Source: Eledone cirrhosa (taxonomy: Eukaryota). From it: a stretch of DNA of 64,000 nt. The notes beneath the pieces were generated by a model, which did no database searches, was not told the origin of the DNA, and saw only the letters and a program-made list of their open reading frames with translations. This document shows positions 1 to 14,242 of the stretch, piece by piece; positions within the stretch are counted from its first letter, which is position 1, and every line of letters starts with the position of its first letter. A program made the position numbers and the translations under genes. The stretch lies in assembly GCA_964016885.1 (NCBI GenBank), contig OZ024758.1:23374001-23438000 (forward strand), given 5' to 3'.

Positions 1-1227
1 GAACACACCACGCAACCCAGCCCAGGAATCGAACCCATGACATGATGATCGTAAGTCCAACACCCTTACCACTAGGCCACGCATGGATAGCCTTATCTTT
101 AATAAGATGCCTCTTGTTAGTTTAGAAACAAACCAACAAAAAAATTATACTTTTTTTTATGAACACACATGAAGCAAAATGTAACCCCCAGAAATATGGG
201 CAGCAGACTTGCTTTGCACTGTTAGGGATTTCCTGCTGGTTTCAGTACTTCTTCGGAAGGGATACATTAGAGTGACTTTTACATATCTATCATGACTAAT
301 TTATCAAATAAATTAATTGCAAATAATCGCCGAATGTCCCGATATATTACGCAGAATATATATCTCAACAAAAAGAAAATCGCGAAATTTTAGATGAATA
401 ATAATGAGAGTTTTAGGTTGATGTTTAGCTCTAAGTCAGCCCTAAATCGAGCATACCTATGATAAAAGACAATCCAGTCGTAACCATCAAGTTTATTACC
501 TAGGACGACATTGTCGAATGTCTCCGTTTCCAAAATTGTAGGGTATGATTTGAGAGAATTGTTATATCTCAACAAAAAGAAAATCGCGAAATCTTACAAG
601 GAAAAGATGGATACAGTAAAATGATTTTTCTCTGGAAATCACTTTTAGAGAGTTTAGCTCCAAGTCAGCCCTAAATCGAGCAGAGCCTATGATCAAAGAC
701 AATCCAGCCGTAACTATCATGTTTGTTATCTAGGGCTACATCGTCGAATGTGCCAGTTTCCAAAATTGTAGGGTATGATTTGAGAGAGCTGTGTCTGTTA
801 TTTCTAAGATGTCGAGTGATCGTGTAGATGTTTCCTCGTTGGCTCGATCAAAGATTCAATTCAATCTTGTAAAAATACTACTTTACAGACGGGTAACATA
901 CCGTACTAAACTACATTATAGTAATTAGTTTCGTTCTTCAGAATTTTTGAAATTAAACTCAACTTTACCTTTTATTCATGTCTATTTTTTTGTTAAATAA
1001 ACAACATACCGACATCAATACAATCCATTATATTGCCTTCCCTACAATAATAGGTAATCTAAGTTGAAGGAAATCTATCAACATTTAAGGAAATGGTATA
1101 ATAATTCAGTTCCTAGTTAGAGGTTTCAAATAATTAAAGCAGTCAGCTTAAATAGCTGCTACAGTGGCTTTTAAAAAATAATATTAATGTATTCGAACTA
1201 ACATTGTTTTGACTTTATGAATGGTCA

Positions 1228-1371
<144 letters not shown>

Positions 1372-3846
1372 TTAACAATGTAAAGTGATTATAGTTGTTT
1401 TTGTTATACAGTTATTTTTTTAAAAGTATTAGTTTGTAGTTATAATATCAAATGTGTTCAGAACAGCGTACCGCCATTAACAGTAGGTTCGCAGTTAATG
1501 TTAATTGAGTTTTCATCATGATGTAAATTTTCCTCTAAGTATTTATCATTTATGTACTAAAACTTAACGAAAAATATTCCTTTTATATATAATTTATCCC
1601 AATATATTATAAAACAAAAAATAAAATACTTTAAATTTCCTCTTATTTTCAAGTCCGTATAGTTGGTCACAGTCAAGAAATGTTCGTCGTGACTCAGCGA
1701 TGTCAAACGATAATGATCTTTGAATGGCATTAGTTGAAAGCCTGATTTTAAGTTACATTACGTCTAGTTAACACAAGAAATGTTATATCTAATTTTAATT
1801 TACATTTTCGTAAGGTTACATTTTTAAATAGTTATTGTTTAGATGCTATTCAATGACTCATTCGGGACATATTTTTCTTTTCATAATGGAAGGAAATTGG
1901 ATTGTAAGATAAATTATAATTTGTTACTATTCCACAGAGAAACTCACGTGTTTTAATATTGATTATATTTTAAAATAAAAGCTATCATAAAGTAAAATTG
2001 TTTTTCTGAATATTTAATTCCTCATATTTTAATTCCACCCAGTAGCTGCTTCAGTGCTTGAAATCGTAATAGGTTTAAATTTAGAAAGAAAAAACTGTTT
2101 CCTCGCCATTCTCAACTGTTGTTGGAGACATTTTAGAATAAATTTGAAGCGTATTTCATCTCGTAAAAATAGAAGGAACTGTTTATTCGATAGACCAGCT
2201 GCTAAAAAAATTAACTTTTTGGATATATATATAATTTATTTATTTTTTAAATTGAACCTACTTTCTGTAATCGGGTTAGGGGCTCCCTGGTATAAAAGGG
2301 TAATCGACTCTAGATACAATTATCCCACATATTAACTTCCCTGTAAATATTAAATCAATCGTGTTTATCATAGTAAAGAGATTGCTGACATAAGAACTTT
2401 AAAATTGTGTAATAAATGCTATCAGGAAAATATAAACGTATGGGGAAATTTATAGGCTAAAAATACGCATGTATTTGTGTGTGTGTGTGTGTGTATTTTA
2501 TTTTTGTTTTTCATTAGGATAGAATTGGAAGTTGTGGCATTACTTTTCCAGAATTTATCCCAATTATATATATAATGCTTTAATGATAGATCGAGAAATA
2601 ATATATATATAATGAACCCTTGAACCTTTGCCAACATGGACATTTTATACGTATTAGAATTCGACACAAATAACTACAATTATGATGGTTTTTGGTGTGT
2701 TTGTTAGTCCAGTTATGTTATGTTCACTGCTAATAAATCACATTCTGCTTACAAACAATTTATTTAAAAAAAGCCAACTGTTGTGAATATATGTGGACAA
2801 TAACTGCTCAAAGAAATAGTTTTCACCATAAGGGAGATAACCTTTTTTTCTTCTTATTTTGGTTTATTTCCCGTTTTTAATCCCCTTTGCATATTTACTA
2901 TTATTTCACTCTTCTTATTTATTTTATAACGACTTGGATTTTAAAATATACAAACAGAATAAAGTTTTTATTGTTTGTTCTCATAAAATATATTTTCCTG
3001 TTATATATAAATATTATCTTCTTTTTATTTATCCAATATATTATCTCTATCTTTAAAATGGGTTTAATAAATACCATTTTTTATTAAAATAAAATTATTC
3101 ATAAAAAATATTTTTTGTTTGTTTCCTATTTTATATTGGTGTTTTTCTTTATTTATTACTCCCCTTAATCATCCATTCACTGCGGTCCTGCTTCTTCTTC
3201 CAACATGTATACACAGACATACATATACATCGTGCATATAGTCGCACTCACATACTAAAGGAAGCCTACGCATACATCTAACTTCAAAACCCACAACGGA
3301 AAGAAATCTACTCACACACGTATACATAGATTGACCCACATGCGTAGCAGACACATACACATCTCGCAAAAAGGAAAAAAACACAAAGCATTTTAACATT
3401 GGCCTAGCTTCTATTCATACTCAAGGTGTCGCCGTTATTCTTTTCTCTCACTCACGCCGGTTGTTGTTATGTGAGTGATTTATGCAGTGTATATACACAT
3501 ATCTAAACCCATGATCTCTTAAAACTTAAAACTGACCCTCGATTTCTTTTATCTCCCGGCCACAACCAACAACCCAACAACGGAATATTTAACTTCAAGG
3601 AAAAAGGAAAACAAAAACCAAGATCCCCAACAACCAAATCATCAATCACCTCTGTTTTAAAGGAAACACAGAAATCATCTCAACAAATATCTTCCTTTTT
3701 TTTAAATTTTTCTTCTTCCTAATCGTCTTTTAAAAGCCAATCTTCATCATCACAATCATCTCCGTGTTTCTACATCTTTCTCTTCTCCTGTCTTTATATC
3801 TCTGTGAGTGTGTGTGTCTGTGTGTGTGGTGGGCCACATAGACAAC

Positions 3847-3927
3847 ATGTCGCTGACTTTCGTACAATCACAGCCTAAAGGAAAGGCTCAGCCGCCTCCA
3901 CCGCCAAATTCAAACACTATACAAAAG
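3847..3927 (+). CDS. SS18: SS18/SYT-like protein (SSXT/SNH domain), coding exon 1
   Basis: ATG 3847, MSLTFVQSQPKGKAQPPPPPNSNTIQK, donor AAG|GTATTT, phase 0. Ends in IQK, as vertebrate SS18 exon 1 does (from memory). Confidence 0.88.
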
Positions 3928-5379
3928 GTATTTTTTTTTTCTTCTTTTTCTGATCAGAATCTTTTCATCTACAGTTTACTATATACAGTCTTTTTGTTTT
4001 TGCTATTTTGTATTATGATATTCTTTTATTTTAATCAACTCTGCAGTGTCGTTGTTTATTGATCTTGAGAAATACATGACCATCTCAACATCGCGGCTCC
4101 TACCCCTCTTATAAACATAACGATACCCCTTTCTTTAAAATTGTAATGGTTTCAGACATAAAAGGAGGGTTCTCTCCTTATTGACGGGTCTGGCTCCTCA
4201 ATAAATATAAATCTATCTATATATATATTTAAAAAATCACGATTTATGTTCAACTTTGAAGTAGAACATACAAAAATGTCCCGTTCTCAGTTTAGTTTTC
4301 CTTTCAATTTTTAGTTTTCATCGCAATTTGCTATTTCCTTAATTAAAAAAGAATCATTAGTTTATCGCTATCGTCATCGTTTTTATGACAATTATAAATC
4401 TACTTAGGTGAAGTCAGATTAATAAGGTCTTCTAACAATGCTTTTTTACCCTAAAGATTTCTCTTGAACCTCGGTCACCTCTCGACAGAGTTTTCTCTCT
4501 CGTCCTTCATTTTGACTCTATTATACGCCAACCATTTCTTCACATCTTACATCGTGTGTTAGATAGAAAGATGTATTATTGAATCCCCTGTATTGGATAT
4601 AGTGGGTGCATATATAATATATATATACATATAGAGATATATATATATATATATATATCAACACAACAAGCCCTTATGTAAAATAACTGCGGCTATTTAA
4701 TCATGGTAGCAGGTTTAGTGTTGTGCACACCATCGGGGTTACTTGATCTAGTATCAGGAGAGATATGCTTATTATGAATGTCATACTGTATGTTATATAA
4801 TACAATTCCTCTCTCTCTCTCCCTAATTCTGGTTGAGAGATCGGATTTGAATTAGACATAGAAACCGACTCTTGCTTGCTTCAAGGTTTATCGTAAACAT
4901 TAATGATAACGGAAGAAGGAATGAAATAGTCGCGCAATTTCTACGAATTTGCTTCCATATTGTGTGTGTATATCGACTTTGTTGTTGATGTTGTGATTAT
5001 CATATACACAGGCACACATCTTGAGAATATTCCTGTTGATGAGAACATATAAGCATGATTTTTTAAAAAATTATATGTACACACTCACACACTATATATA
5101 TATATATATATATATAAGCATTTAGGGTGTATGTGTGTATATATATATATACACTCACACACTATATATATAGACATGCATACACACACACCGTAAATGT
5201 TTATGTACATATACTTACATTTGATTTGTTTGTCTGGCCATGCTCAAATCTCATACACCATATATGTGCTTATATCTTATGATATTTCTATGAATATAGT
5301 ATCACCTGTGTGACGTATAAACTTTCGATATGTATATATATATAGTACCTAGACAGACTATAGTCAAGCACTTCTTTCA

Positions 5380-5417
<38 letters not shown>

Positions 5418-5475
5418 ACAAAAAACAAACACCCTCTGTTGTGTGCAAATAGTTTGGACTGTTTTTGGTACATTT

Positions 5476-5512
<37 letters not shown>

Positions 5513-5700
5513 GTGGTGGTGGATGTCTCATGGTTATGATGCAGTAGTAAATGCTCTTCCTTCGCAATTCAGTTTCAATTCTCAGATGGTTATGGACACC
5601 TTTCAGTTATGACACGAATAATAAACTGGCGCCTCTACCATTGCTGTCCATTTTCCCTCTCAACTTCAGAGCTTAACACTTAACACTCCAATAAGATCTT

Positions 5701-5763
<63 letters not shown>

Positions 5764-5895
5764 TATATAAGAGAAAAAAACGAGGAAGTTTCGTTTACAT
5801 ATGAATTACATATAGATGTTTCATATGTAAACGAAACTTTCTCGTTTTCTTTTCTATTATATATAGACTCTCCCTGTGCATAGAGTGCTTGATTT

Positions 5896-6111
5896 GGTAC
5901 CAACACTAGTATTCCACTGTACTACCAACACTAGTATTCCACTGTACTACCAACACTAGTATTCCACTGTACTACCAACACTAGTATTCCACTGTACTAC
6001 CAACACTAGTATTCCACTGTACTACCAACACTAGTATTCCACTGTACTACCAACACTAGTATTCCACTGTACTACCAACACTAGTATTCCACTCTACTAC
6101 CAACACTATAT

Positions 6112-6150
<39 letters not shown>

Positions 6151-6363
6151 AATTGGTACCAACACTAGTATTCCACTGTACTACCAACACTATATTCTCA
6201 TATATATATATATATAGGAATTGGTACCAACACTAGTATTCCACTGTACTACCAACACTAGTATTCCACTGTACTACCAACACTAGTATTCCACTGTACT
6301 ACCAACACTAGTATTCCACTGTACTACCAACACTAGTATTCCACTGTACTACCAACACTATAT

Positions 6364-6402
<39 letters not shown>

Positions 6403-6615
6403 AATTGGTACCAACACTAGTATTCCACTGTACTACCAACACTATATTCTCATATATATATATATATAGGAATTGGTACCAACACTAGTATTCCACTGTA
6501 CTACCAACACTAGTATTCCACTGTACTACCAACACTAGTATTCCACTGTACTACCAACACTAGTATTCCACTGTACTACCAACACTAGTATTCCACTGTA
6601 CTACCAACACTATAT

Positions 6616-6654
<39 letters not shown>

Positions 6655-8792
6655 AATTGGTACCAACACTAGTATTCCACTGTACTACCAACACTATATT
6701 CTCATATATATATATATATAGGAATTGGTACCAACACTAGTATTTCACTGTACTACCAACACTGTATTCTCATATATATATATATATAGGAATTGGTACC
6801 AACACTAGTATTCCACTGTACTACCAACACTATATTCTCATATATATATATATATAGGAATTGGTACCAACACTAGTATTTCACTGTACTACCAACACTA
6901 TATTCTCATATATATATATATATAGGAATTGGTACCAACACTAGTATTCCACTGTACTACCAACACTATATTCTCATATATATATATATATAGGAATTGG
7001 TACCAACACTAGTATTCCACTGTACTACCAACACTATATTCTCATATATATATATATATAGGAATTGGTACCAACACTAGTATTCCACTGTACTACCAAC
7101 ACTATATTCTCATATATATATATATATAGGAATTGGTACCAACACTAGTATTTCACTGTACTACCAACACTGTATTCTCATATATATATATATATAGGAA
7201 TTGGTACCAACACTAGTATTTCACTGTACTACCAACACTGTATTCTCATATATATATATATATAGGAATTGGTACCAACACTAGTATTCCACTGTACTAC
7301 CAACACTATATTCTCATATATATATATATATAGGAATTGGTACCAACACTAGTATTTCACTGTACTACCAACACTGTATTCTCATATATATATATATATA
7401 GGAATTGGTACCAACACTAGTATTTCACTGTACTACCAACACTGTATTCTCATATATATATATATATAGGAATTGGTACCAACACTAGTATTTCACTGTA
7501 CTACCAACACTATATTCTCATATATATATATATATAGGAATTGGTACCAACACTAGTATTCCACTGTACTACCAACACTATATTCTCATATATATATATA
7601 TATAGGAATTGGTACCAACACTAGTATTTCACTGTACTACCAACACTGTATTCTCATATATATATATATATATAGGAATTGGTACCAACACTAGTATTCC
7701 ACTGTACTACCAACACTATATTCTCATATATATATATATATATATAGGAATTGGTACCAACACTAGTATTCCACTGTACTACCAACACTATATTCTCATA
7801 TATATATATATATATATATATAGGAATTGGTACCAACACTAGTATTCCACTGTACTACCAACACTATATTCTCATATATATATATATATAGGAATTGGTA
7901 CCAACACTAGTATTCCACTGTACTACCAACACTATATTCTCATATATATATATATATAGGAATTGGTACCAACACTATATTCTTATATATATATATAGGA
8001 ATTGGTACCAACACTAGTATTTCACTGTACTACCAACACTAGTATTTCACTGTACTACCAACACTAGTATTTCACTGTACTACCAACACTAGTATTTCAC
8101 TGTACTACCAACACTATATTCTCATATATATATATATATAGGAATTGGTACTAAGACTAGTATTTCACTCTACTACCAACACTATATTCTTATATATATA
8201 TATATATATAGGAATTGGTACCAAAACTAGTATTCCACTGTACTACCAACACTAGTATTTCACTGTACTACCAACACTAGTATTTCACTGTACTACCAAC
8301 ACTAGTATTTCACTGTACTACCAACACTATATTCTCATATATATGTATATATATATATAGGAATTGGTACCAACACTAGTATTTCACTGTACTACCAACA
8401 CTAGTATTTCACTGTACTACCAACACTAGTATTTCACTGTACTACCAACACTATATTCTCATATATATATATATATATATAGGAATTGGTACTAAGACTA
8501 GTATTTCACTCTACTACCAACACTATATTCTTATATATATATATATATATAGGAATTGGTACCAAAACTAGTATTTCACTGTACTACCAACACTATATTC
8601 TCATATATATGTATATATATATAGGAATTGGTACCAACACTAGTATTCCACTGTACTACCAACACTAGTATTTCACTGTACTACCAACACTAGTATTTCA
8701 CTGTACTACCAACACTATATTCTTATATATGTATATATATATAGGAATTGGTACCAACACTAGTATTCCACTGTACTACCAACACTATATTC
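5896..8792. repeat. Composite minisatellite: 25-bp unit and 68-bp higher-order unit containing (TA)n
   Basis: 25-bp ACCAACACTAGTATTCCACTGTACT arrays alternate with 68-bp units starting GGAATTGGTACC (6653, 6721, 6789, 6857 ...). Confidence 0.97.
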
Positions 8793-9189
8793 TCCACTTC
8801 TCCAACAATCGCATATAAAAAGGTATTGACTAGGGCAATAAAATATATCTATTACTCATATAAAATAACTCGTGAGAGCTTATAGTTTATATTTCTATGG
8901 TTTCTATTACTTTAAGGGGTTTTTTACTGCCCTTCTGCGATATAATATATGTGTTTTAAGCATAAGATCAAGATCTGTTCTCTCTCTCTCTATATATATA
9001 TGTGTGTGTGTATAAAGGGTTTTCACTATGTTAGTACGACATCAAATCTGCTTTAAACGTAAGATCAATATCTGGTATATATATATATAACCAAAGATTA
9101 ATATGGTTCATTGATAGTTTTACAATAGATTAAAAGCACTCTACACAAGGAAGTTTTCTGGAGTTATTTAGAATAATATATATATATGT

Positions 9190-9690
9190 GTGTGTATATA
9201 GAGGGTTTTCACTATCTTTTCACGATATAAAATATATTTTAAACATAAGATCAAGACCTGGTATATATGTATGTGTGTATATAGAGGGTTTTCACTATCT
9301 TTTCACGATATAAAATATATTTTAAACATAAGATCAAGACCTGGTATATATGTATGTGTGTATATAGAGGGTTTTCACTATCTTTTCACGATATAAAATA
9401 TATTTTAAACATAAGATCAAGACTTGGTATATATATATGTGTGTATATAGAGGGTTTTCACTATCTTTTCACGATATAAAATATATTTTAAACATAAGAT
9501 CAAGACCTGGTATATATATATGTGTGCATATAGAGGGTTTTCACTATCTTTTCACGATATAAAATATATTTTAAACACAAGATCAAGACCTGGTATATAT
9601 ATATGTGTGCATATAGAGGGTTTTCACTATCTTTTCACGATATAAAATATATTTTAAACACAAGATCAAGATCTGGTATATATGTATGTA
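9190..9690. repeat. 83-bp tandem repeat, ~6 copies
   Basis: GAGGGTTTTCACTATC recurs at 9201, 9284, 9367, 9450, 9533, 9616; degenerate copies at ~8915 and ~9015. Confidence 0.95.
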
Positions 9691-10171
9691 TGTATATATA
9701 TATGTATATATATGTGTGTGTGTGTTTGCGCATCTGACTAGCTGGGAATTGCTGTTTAACTGTTTTTCCCTGACTCACATGTTCACCGAGAAACGTGACA
9801 GTATATTTTTTTTTCTTGTTGATCTCTTAAATTTGTTATTCATGCTGTCTGCTGCACATGCTTGCTGTTTACTTGTCTACTCCTTAGTTCGCTTTCGGGC
9901 TAAAATTCTACTTCTCTCTCTCCATAATCTCTTGCTTCTTCTTTCACTCTCGCTATTATAGTCTTTCATTTATATATAGAGAGAGATGTACTCTTGATTG
10001 TGTGTGTGTGTGTGTGTGTGTGAGGGGCTTAGTCCCCTTTCGCTTTTCCATTGCTACCTCTGTGTGTGCCGTGAATATATATATATATATATATATATTA
10101 AAACTTTTATACTCTGCAATGTATTGAGTACCTTACTTACTGCGGTTACCTCCGATTCAACCCGGAATAAC

Positions 10172-10207
<36 letters not shown>

Positions 10208-10376
10208 ATAATAATAAATTTGAAGACTAAAATCCAAAGAGGGCTCGATAAGGATAAATATATATGAAATATATGAGAACCGTAGAGCAAATATTTATTA
10301 AAATAATAGATTAAAGTTTAAGCAAAGAATCGCTGCTTTGACCCTTAACGGGATCTTCTGAAACACAAGACTGTTA

Positions 10377-10443
<67 letters not shown>

Positions 10444-10790
10444 CCAAAATCAGTTCTGTATCAGCGAGACATGGTCACCTGGCCTAGCATTGCTCACAAT
10501 AGGACAACTCGTGTAACCCATGCTAGTGTGGAAAATGGACGTTAAACGTTGATGATGATGATGAGAGATATATATATATATATGTGTGTGTGTGTATAGA
10601 TACAGGGTGTCCCCCAAAATGTATACATAATTCAACAGCGTTCTAATAAAAGTGTTTATATATTTTTTTGGAGACCCTTGGTAAGCACTCTGAGACAGGT
10701 TTTGTTCGATAAAGGTTCATTCCATACCTTATTGAGTGAGTAATGTGTGCAAGCGAGAATATAGATGATACTATAACCTCAATATATAAA

Positions 10791-10836
<46 letters not shown>

Positions 10837-10906
10837 TCCCGATTTGTGTAGTGGCGTAACCATAGATTAAAACATGTACTCAGTATTTTGGTAGAGTATA
10901 GGCATC

Positions 10907-10967
10907 TTTATTAGATATATGAATGACTTCTACGGGTCTAAAACCGTTTCATTCGTATGAAATCATC

Positions 10968-10968
<1 letters not shown>
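10907..10968 (-). ncRNA. 5'-truncated hammerhead motif followed by AATAAA
   Basis: Minus strand TGATGA-tTTC atac GAAt-GAAA-CGG ttttagac CCG-TA-gaagtc...AATAAA. The first core C and the 5' arm of stem I are replaced by a (TA)n tract. Confidence 0.5.
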
Positions 10969-11000
<32 letters not shown>

Positions 11001-13390
11001 CATGTCTTAATGTGTGTATAATCTAATCTTTATAATAATTGTTTCTACATTTGGCACAAGGCCAGCAATTACCCAGTGTATTACTGGTACTTTATTTTAT
11101 CGACCCCGAAAGGATGAAAGGCAAAGTTAACCTCGGCGCGATTTGAACTCAGAATGGCAAGGGCCGTAACTCTATGCGTCAAAGCATACTGCCAATCCTC
11201 CGCCCTAATCTTTATAATAATAATTGTTTCTAACATTAATGCACGACCGATCCCGACACTTACTTGACAAGAATATGTTGGACCTCTTAAACCCGACACG
11301 TTTTTGGTTTGGGTAACCTCTTCGTTATTAGCCCCACATTTGGAATAGAAACAAACATTATATTTAACCCTTAGATGTAATCCTAATTTACACATACTGT
11401 AGGATGAGATGACCTGACTGTTTACGTAGGGGTCCTTTTCTATATTCCGGTATTCTTCCTTCATCCAGTGTGCTAGGTTTAAGAGAGCCAACCCCAGAAA
11501 GGTGATACTCCCAATCCACTATAATAATATTTTCTTTTTACATGACCATAAATGACCATATTTCAAGAAATACCAAACAAAATAACCACTAATAAATCAA
11601 AATTTATTCAAACAATACAAAGAAGCAGGTTAACAAATATATTTGGAGGCACATGGCTTAGTGGTTAGAGCATTGGCCTTCAATCGAAAGGTTGTGAGTT
11701 CAATACTCAGACCGGGTGATGTGTTGTTTCCTTGAGAAAGACACTTTATTTCACATTGCTCCAGTTTACTCAGCTGTTCCACTGCAAAGTGGTCGTAGGT
11801 GCCACGCAAAAAAGCACCCAGCATTCACTGTAAATGAGGTTGGTGTTAGGAAGGGCATCCAGCTGTAGAAATCAAGCCAGAATCAGATCCTGTCCCACCC
11901 ACCCTTGCAAGCGGGGAAAAGTGGACGTAAAATGATGATGATGATTTTACATGGCATTAGTTATAAGATATAAATTGTATACACACGTAAAGGAAGAACA
12001 TGGCCAAGAAATTCCTGAGATTTACATTATTTAAATCCTTACATAAAACACTCCAGACTATTTATCATTAACATATGTTCTGAAAATCTATTCCATACGT
12101 GGCTAAAATCTCTGTAAAACAATATTTACGTATATCTCATCTGGGTGCTTCAACAAAATCTTTTTTGAAAATATCGTTAGGGTATCGTAAAATGTTCCAC
12201 TAAATTATATAAAATTATTCATCTTTTTTTTTTGTTTTTTCTTCATCAAAAGATTCGGCTTTTAAAATAATTAAATGATCTGAATAAGAAAATTCACCAA
12301 AGCTCGCTCAATGTGATCAATATATTTTAACATCAACTATACATCTCTGATCTCGAGTATAATCAAGTTGAAGACAAATAAATAAGTTTTGGACATTTTT
12401 CAACAACTTTTTGTCTCGTGGCTTGAAAAACCTATCGAAGTTATTTTAGACGAGTGTAATGAAAACTTCAAATTGTTGGTTAAAAGAATTCTGGGGCCAG
12501 AAATATTAGAAAATTTGGGAATTTTAGTCCTAATTAGAAAATTTAGTTTTAAAATTTTCCAAACTAAAATGTAAAACCAAACGTTTTTAAACAGCCGAAT
12601 AACACCTACTCGAAATCAAAATTTAAAATTATATTGGTTAGTCTTCTATTAACAGTAAAGTCTGATTTTGCATCAACTTCATATAATTTTAAACGATAAA
12701 ACCAATTACATTTCACAAGCCATTTATATTTATATAAATTAGGGAAATTAAATGGGCAACAATTTGTTTGAGATCAAATGAGAATGGATGGATAATTAGA
12801 GGAACAATCATCTTTTTTAAAAAAATGTTCTTTTGTATTTTCCAAATAGTTTTTATACCATGTCAATCGTTTAGCTTTAATTCCTGACTTTTTAAATTAT
12901 TTTGTATCGGATGTACTCTGACCAAGGGAACTTTGAAACCCTCAATATAGCTTCACATTTCTACACTCACTTTAACCATACCACTACCAGGTTCTCTCTT
13001 TCTCTCGTTTATTAAAGCCCCATAATTTTTCTTCCGTTTGTTTTTTCTCTATACAATTTCCTCTCCCTCCTCACATTTACTTAAACCCTTTCCTATTTTT
13101 CCTTCATCTCTTTTATTACATTTTTATATTACCCTACTCTCTCACACTCTCCTGTACCATTCCTTTCCTCTTCATACATTTTAACTCGTGCATCTACCAG
13201 TCCCCCATCTTATTCCTTATCTTTTGTAGAGGGGGTGTTAACCATTCCACCTTCCTCTGTTTTAACTTTTACTATCTCGCCTTTTACACTCTTGAAAACC
13301 TTCCTAAACATTATTTCACTCACTCTCTCTCTCTCTCTCTCCCCAGACCTCCCCATTATATATATATAATTCAAATGTAAAAGATATATG

Positions 13391-13521
<131 letters not shown>

Positions 13522-13974
13522 GGAGAAGGGACCATATATCACGAATGTTTCAGTGTAACGAAATTGTTTTCAATCCCCGGCCACACGCTCGATCTCGTTA
13601 TAAATAATTTTTCGTTATAACGGAATTTCACTGTATATTTATTTATATGTGTGCGTGTGTGTATGTCTGTCTATCCTTTCCATCTCCCTTATAGTCGTAA
13701 CATGTACCTCATGCTCCTACAAAAAGCTTACCCATATAATAAATATATGGAGGACTATCGAACCCCATATTTACGGTTTCATGTAGCTCGTATCCACCAT
13801 CTAATATTTTTGATATGATATGAAAAAAAAAAAGAAGCTGACATATACTGCGCACACAGACACAGAGCCAAAGATATTTCCTCGGCTACACCACCAATAA
13901 TAGTGTATACAATGCCTAGCAACCGACAGTATTAATGTCAATATTGTCGCAAGTGTATATGTGTATGAGTGCGT

Positions 13975-14242
13975 ATTCGCTGTCCCGGTTATTCGCGGAA
14001 TTTTCATTAGAATATCTTCTGCGATTTTTTTAATGGCTTCTTTTTTTTTTTTTTTATTCGTGGCAATATATATCTTTTAACGCTAAATTATTAATATAAC
14101 AATATACCGTATCTGCCGGCCTATTTACGCTGTTTTGACGTTTATATGCATTTTTATCGATCACGTCTGGTATTCGCGGTTTCCCGCTTTTAGCTGGTGT
14201 TCTAGGAACGTAACCGCCGCGAATAGCGGGTGGCGGACAACT
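13975..14242. mobile_element. Tigger/pogo-like MITE remnant
   Basis: TGTCCCGGTTATTCGCGG ... CCGCGAATAGCGGGTGGCGGACA imperfect terminal inverted repeats. Similar Tigger-like ends at 13540-13635 and 32497. Confidence 0.5.

Noticed and set aside
358-790. Duplicated segments at 360-790, 39910/40085 and 62680/62925
   Set aside because: Simple local direct duplications with no sign of function.
905-945. CTGAAGA..GAAAC hammerhead-like words on the minus strand; similar words at ~51956-52020 on the plus strand
   Set aside because: No stem II in the first; the second has a mutated core and no convincing stems.
5896-8792. CRISPR-like array
   Set aside because: Intervening sequences are (TA)n or further repeat units rather than unique spacers; eukaryotic context and no cas genes.
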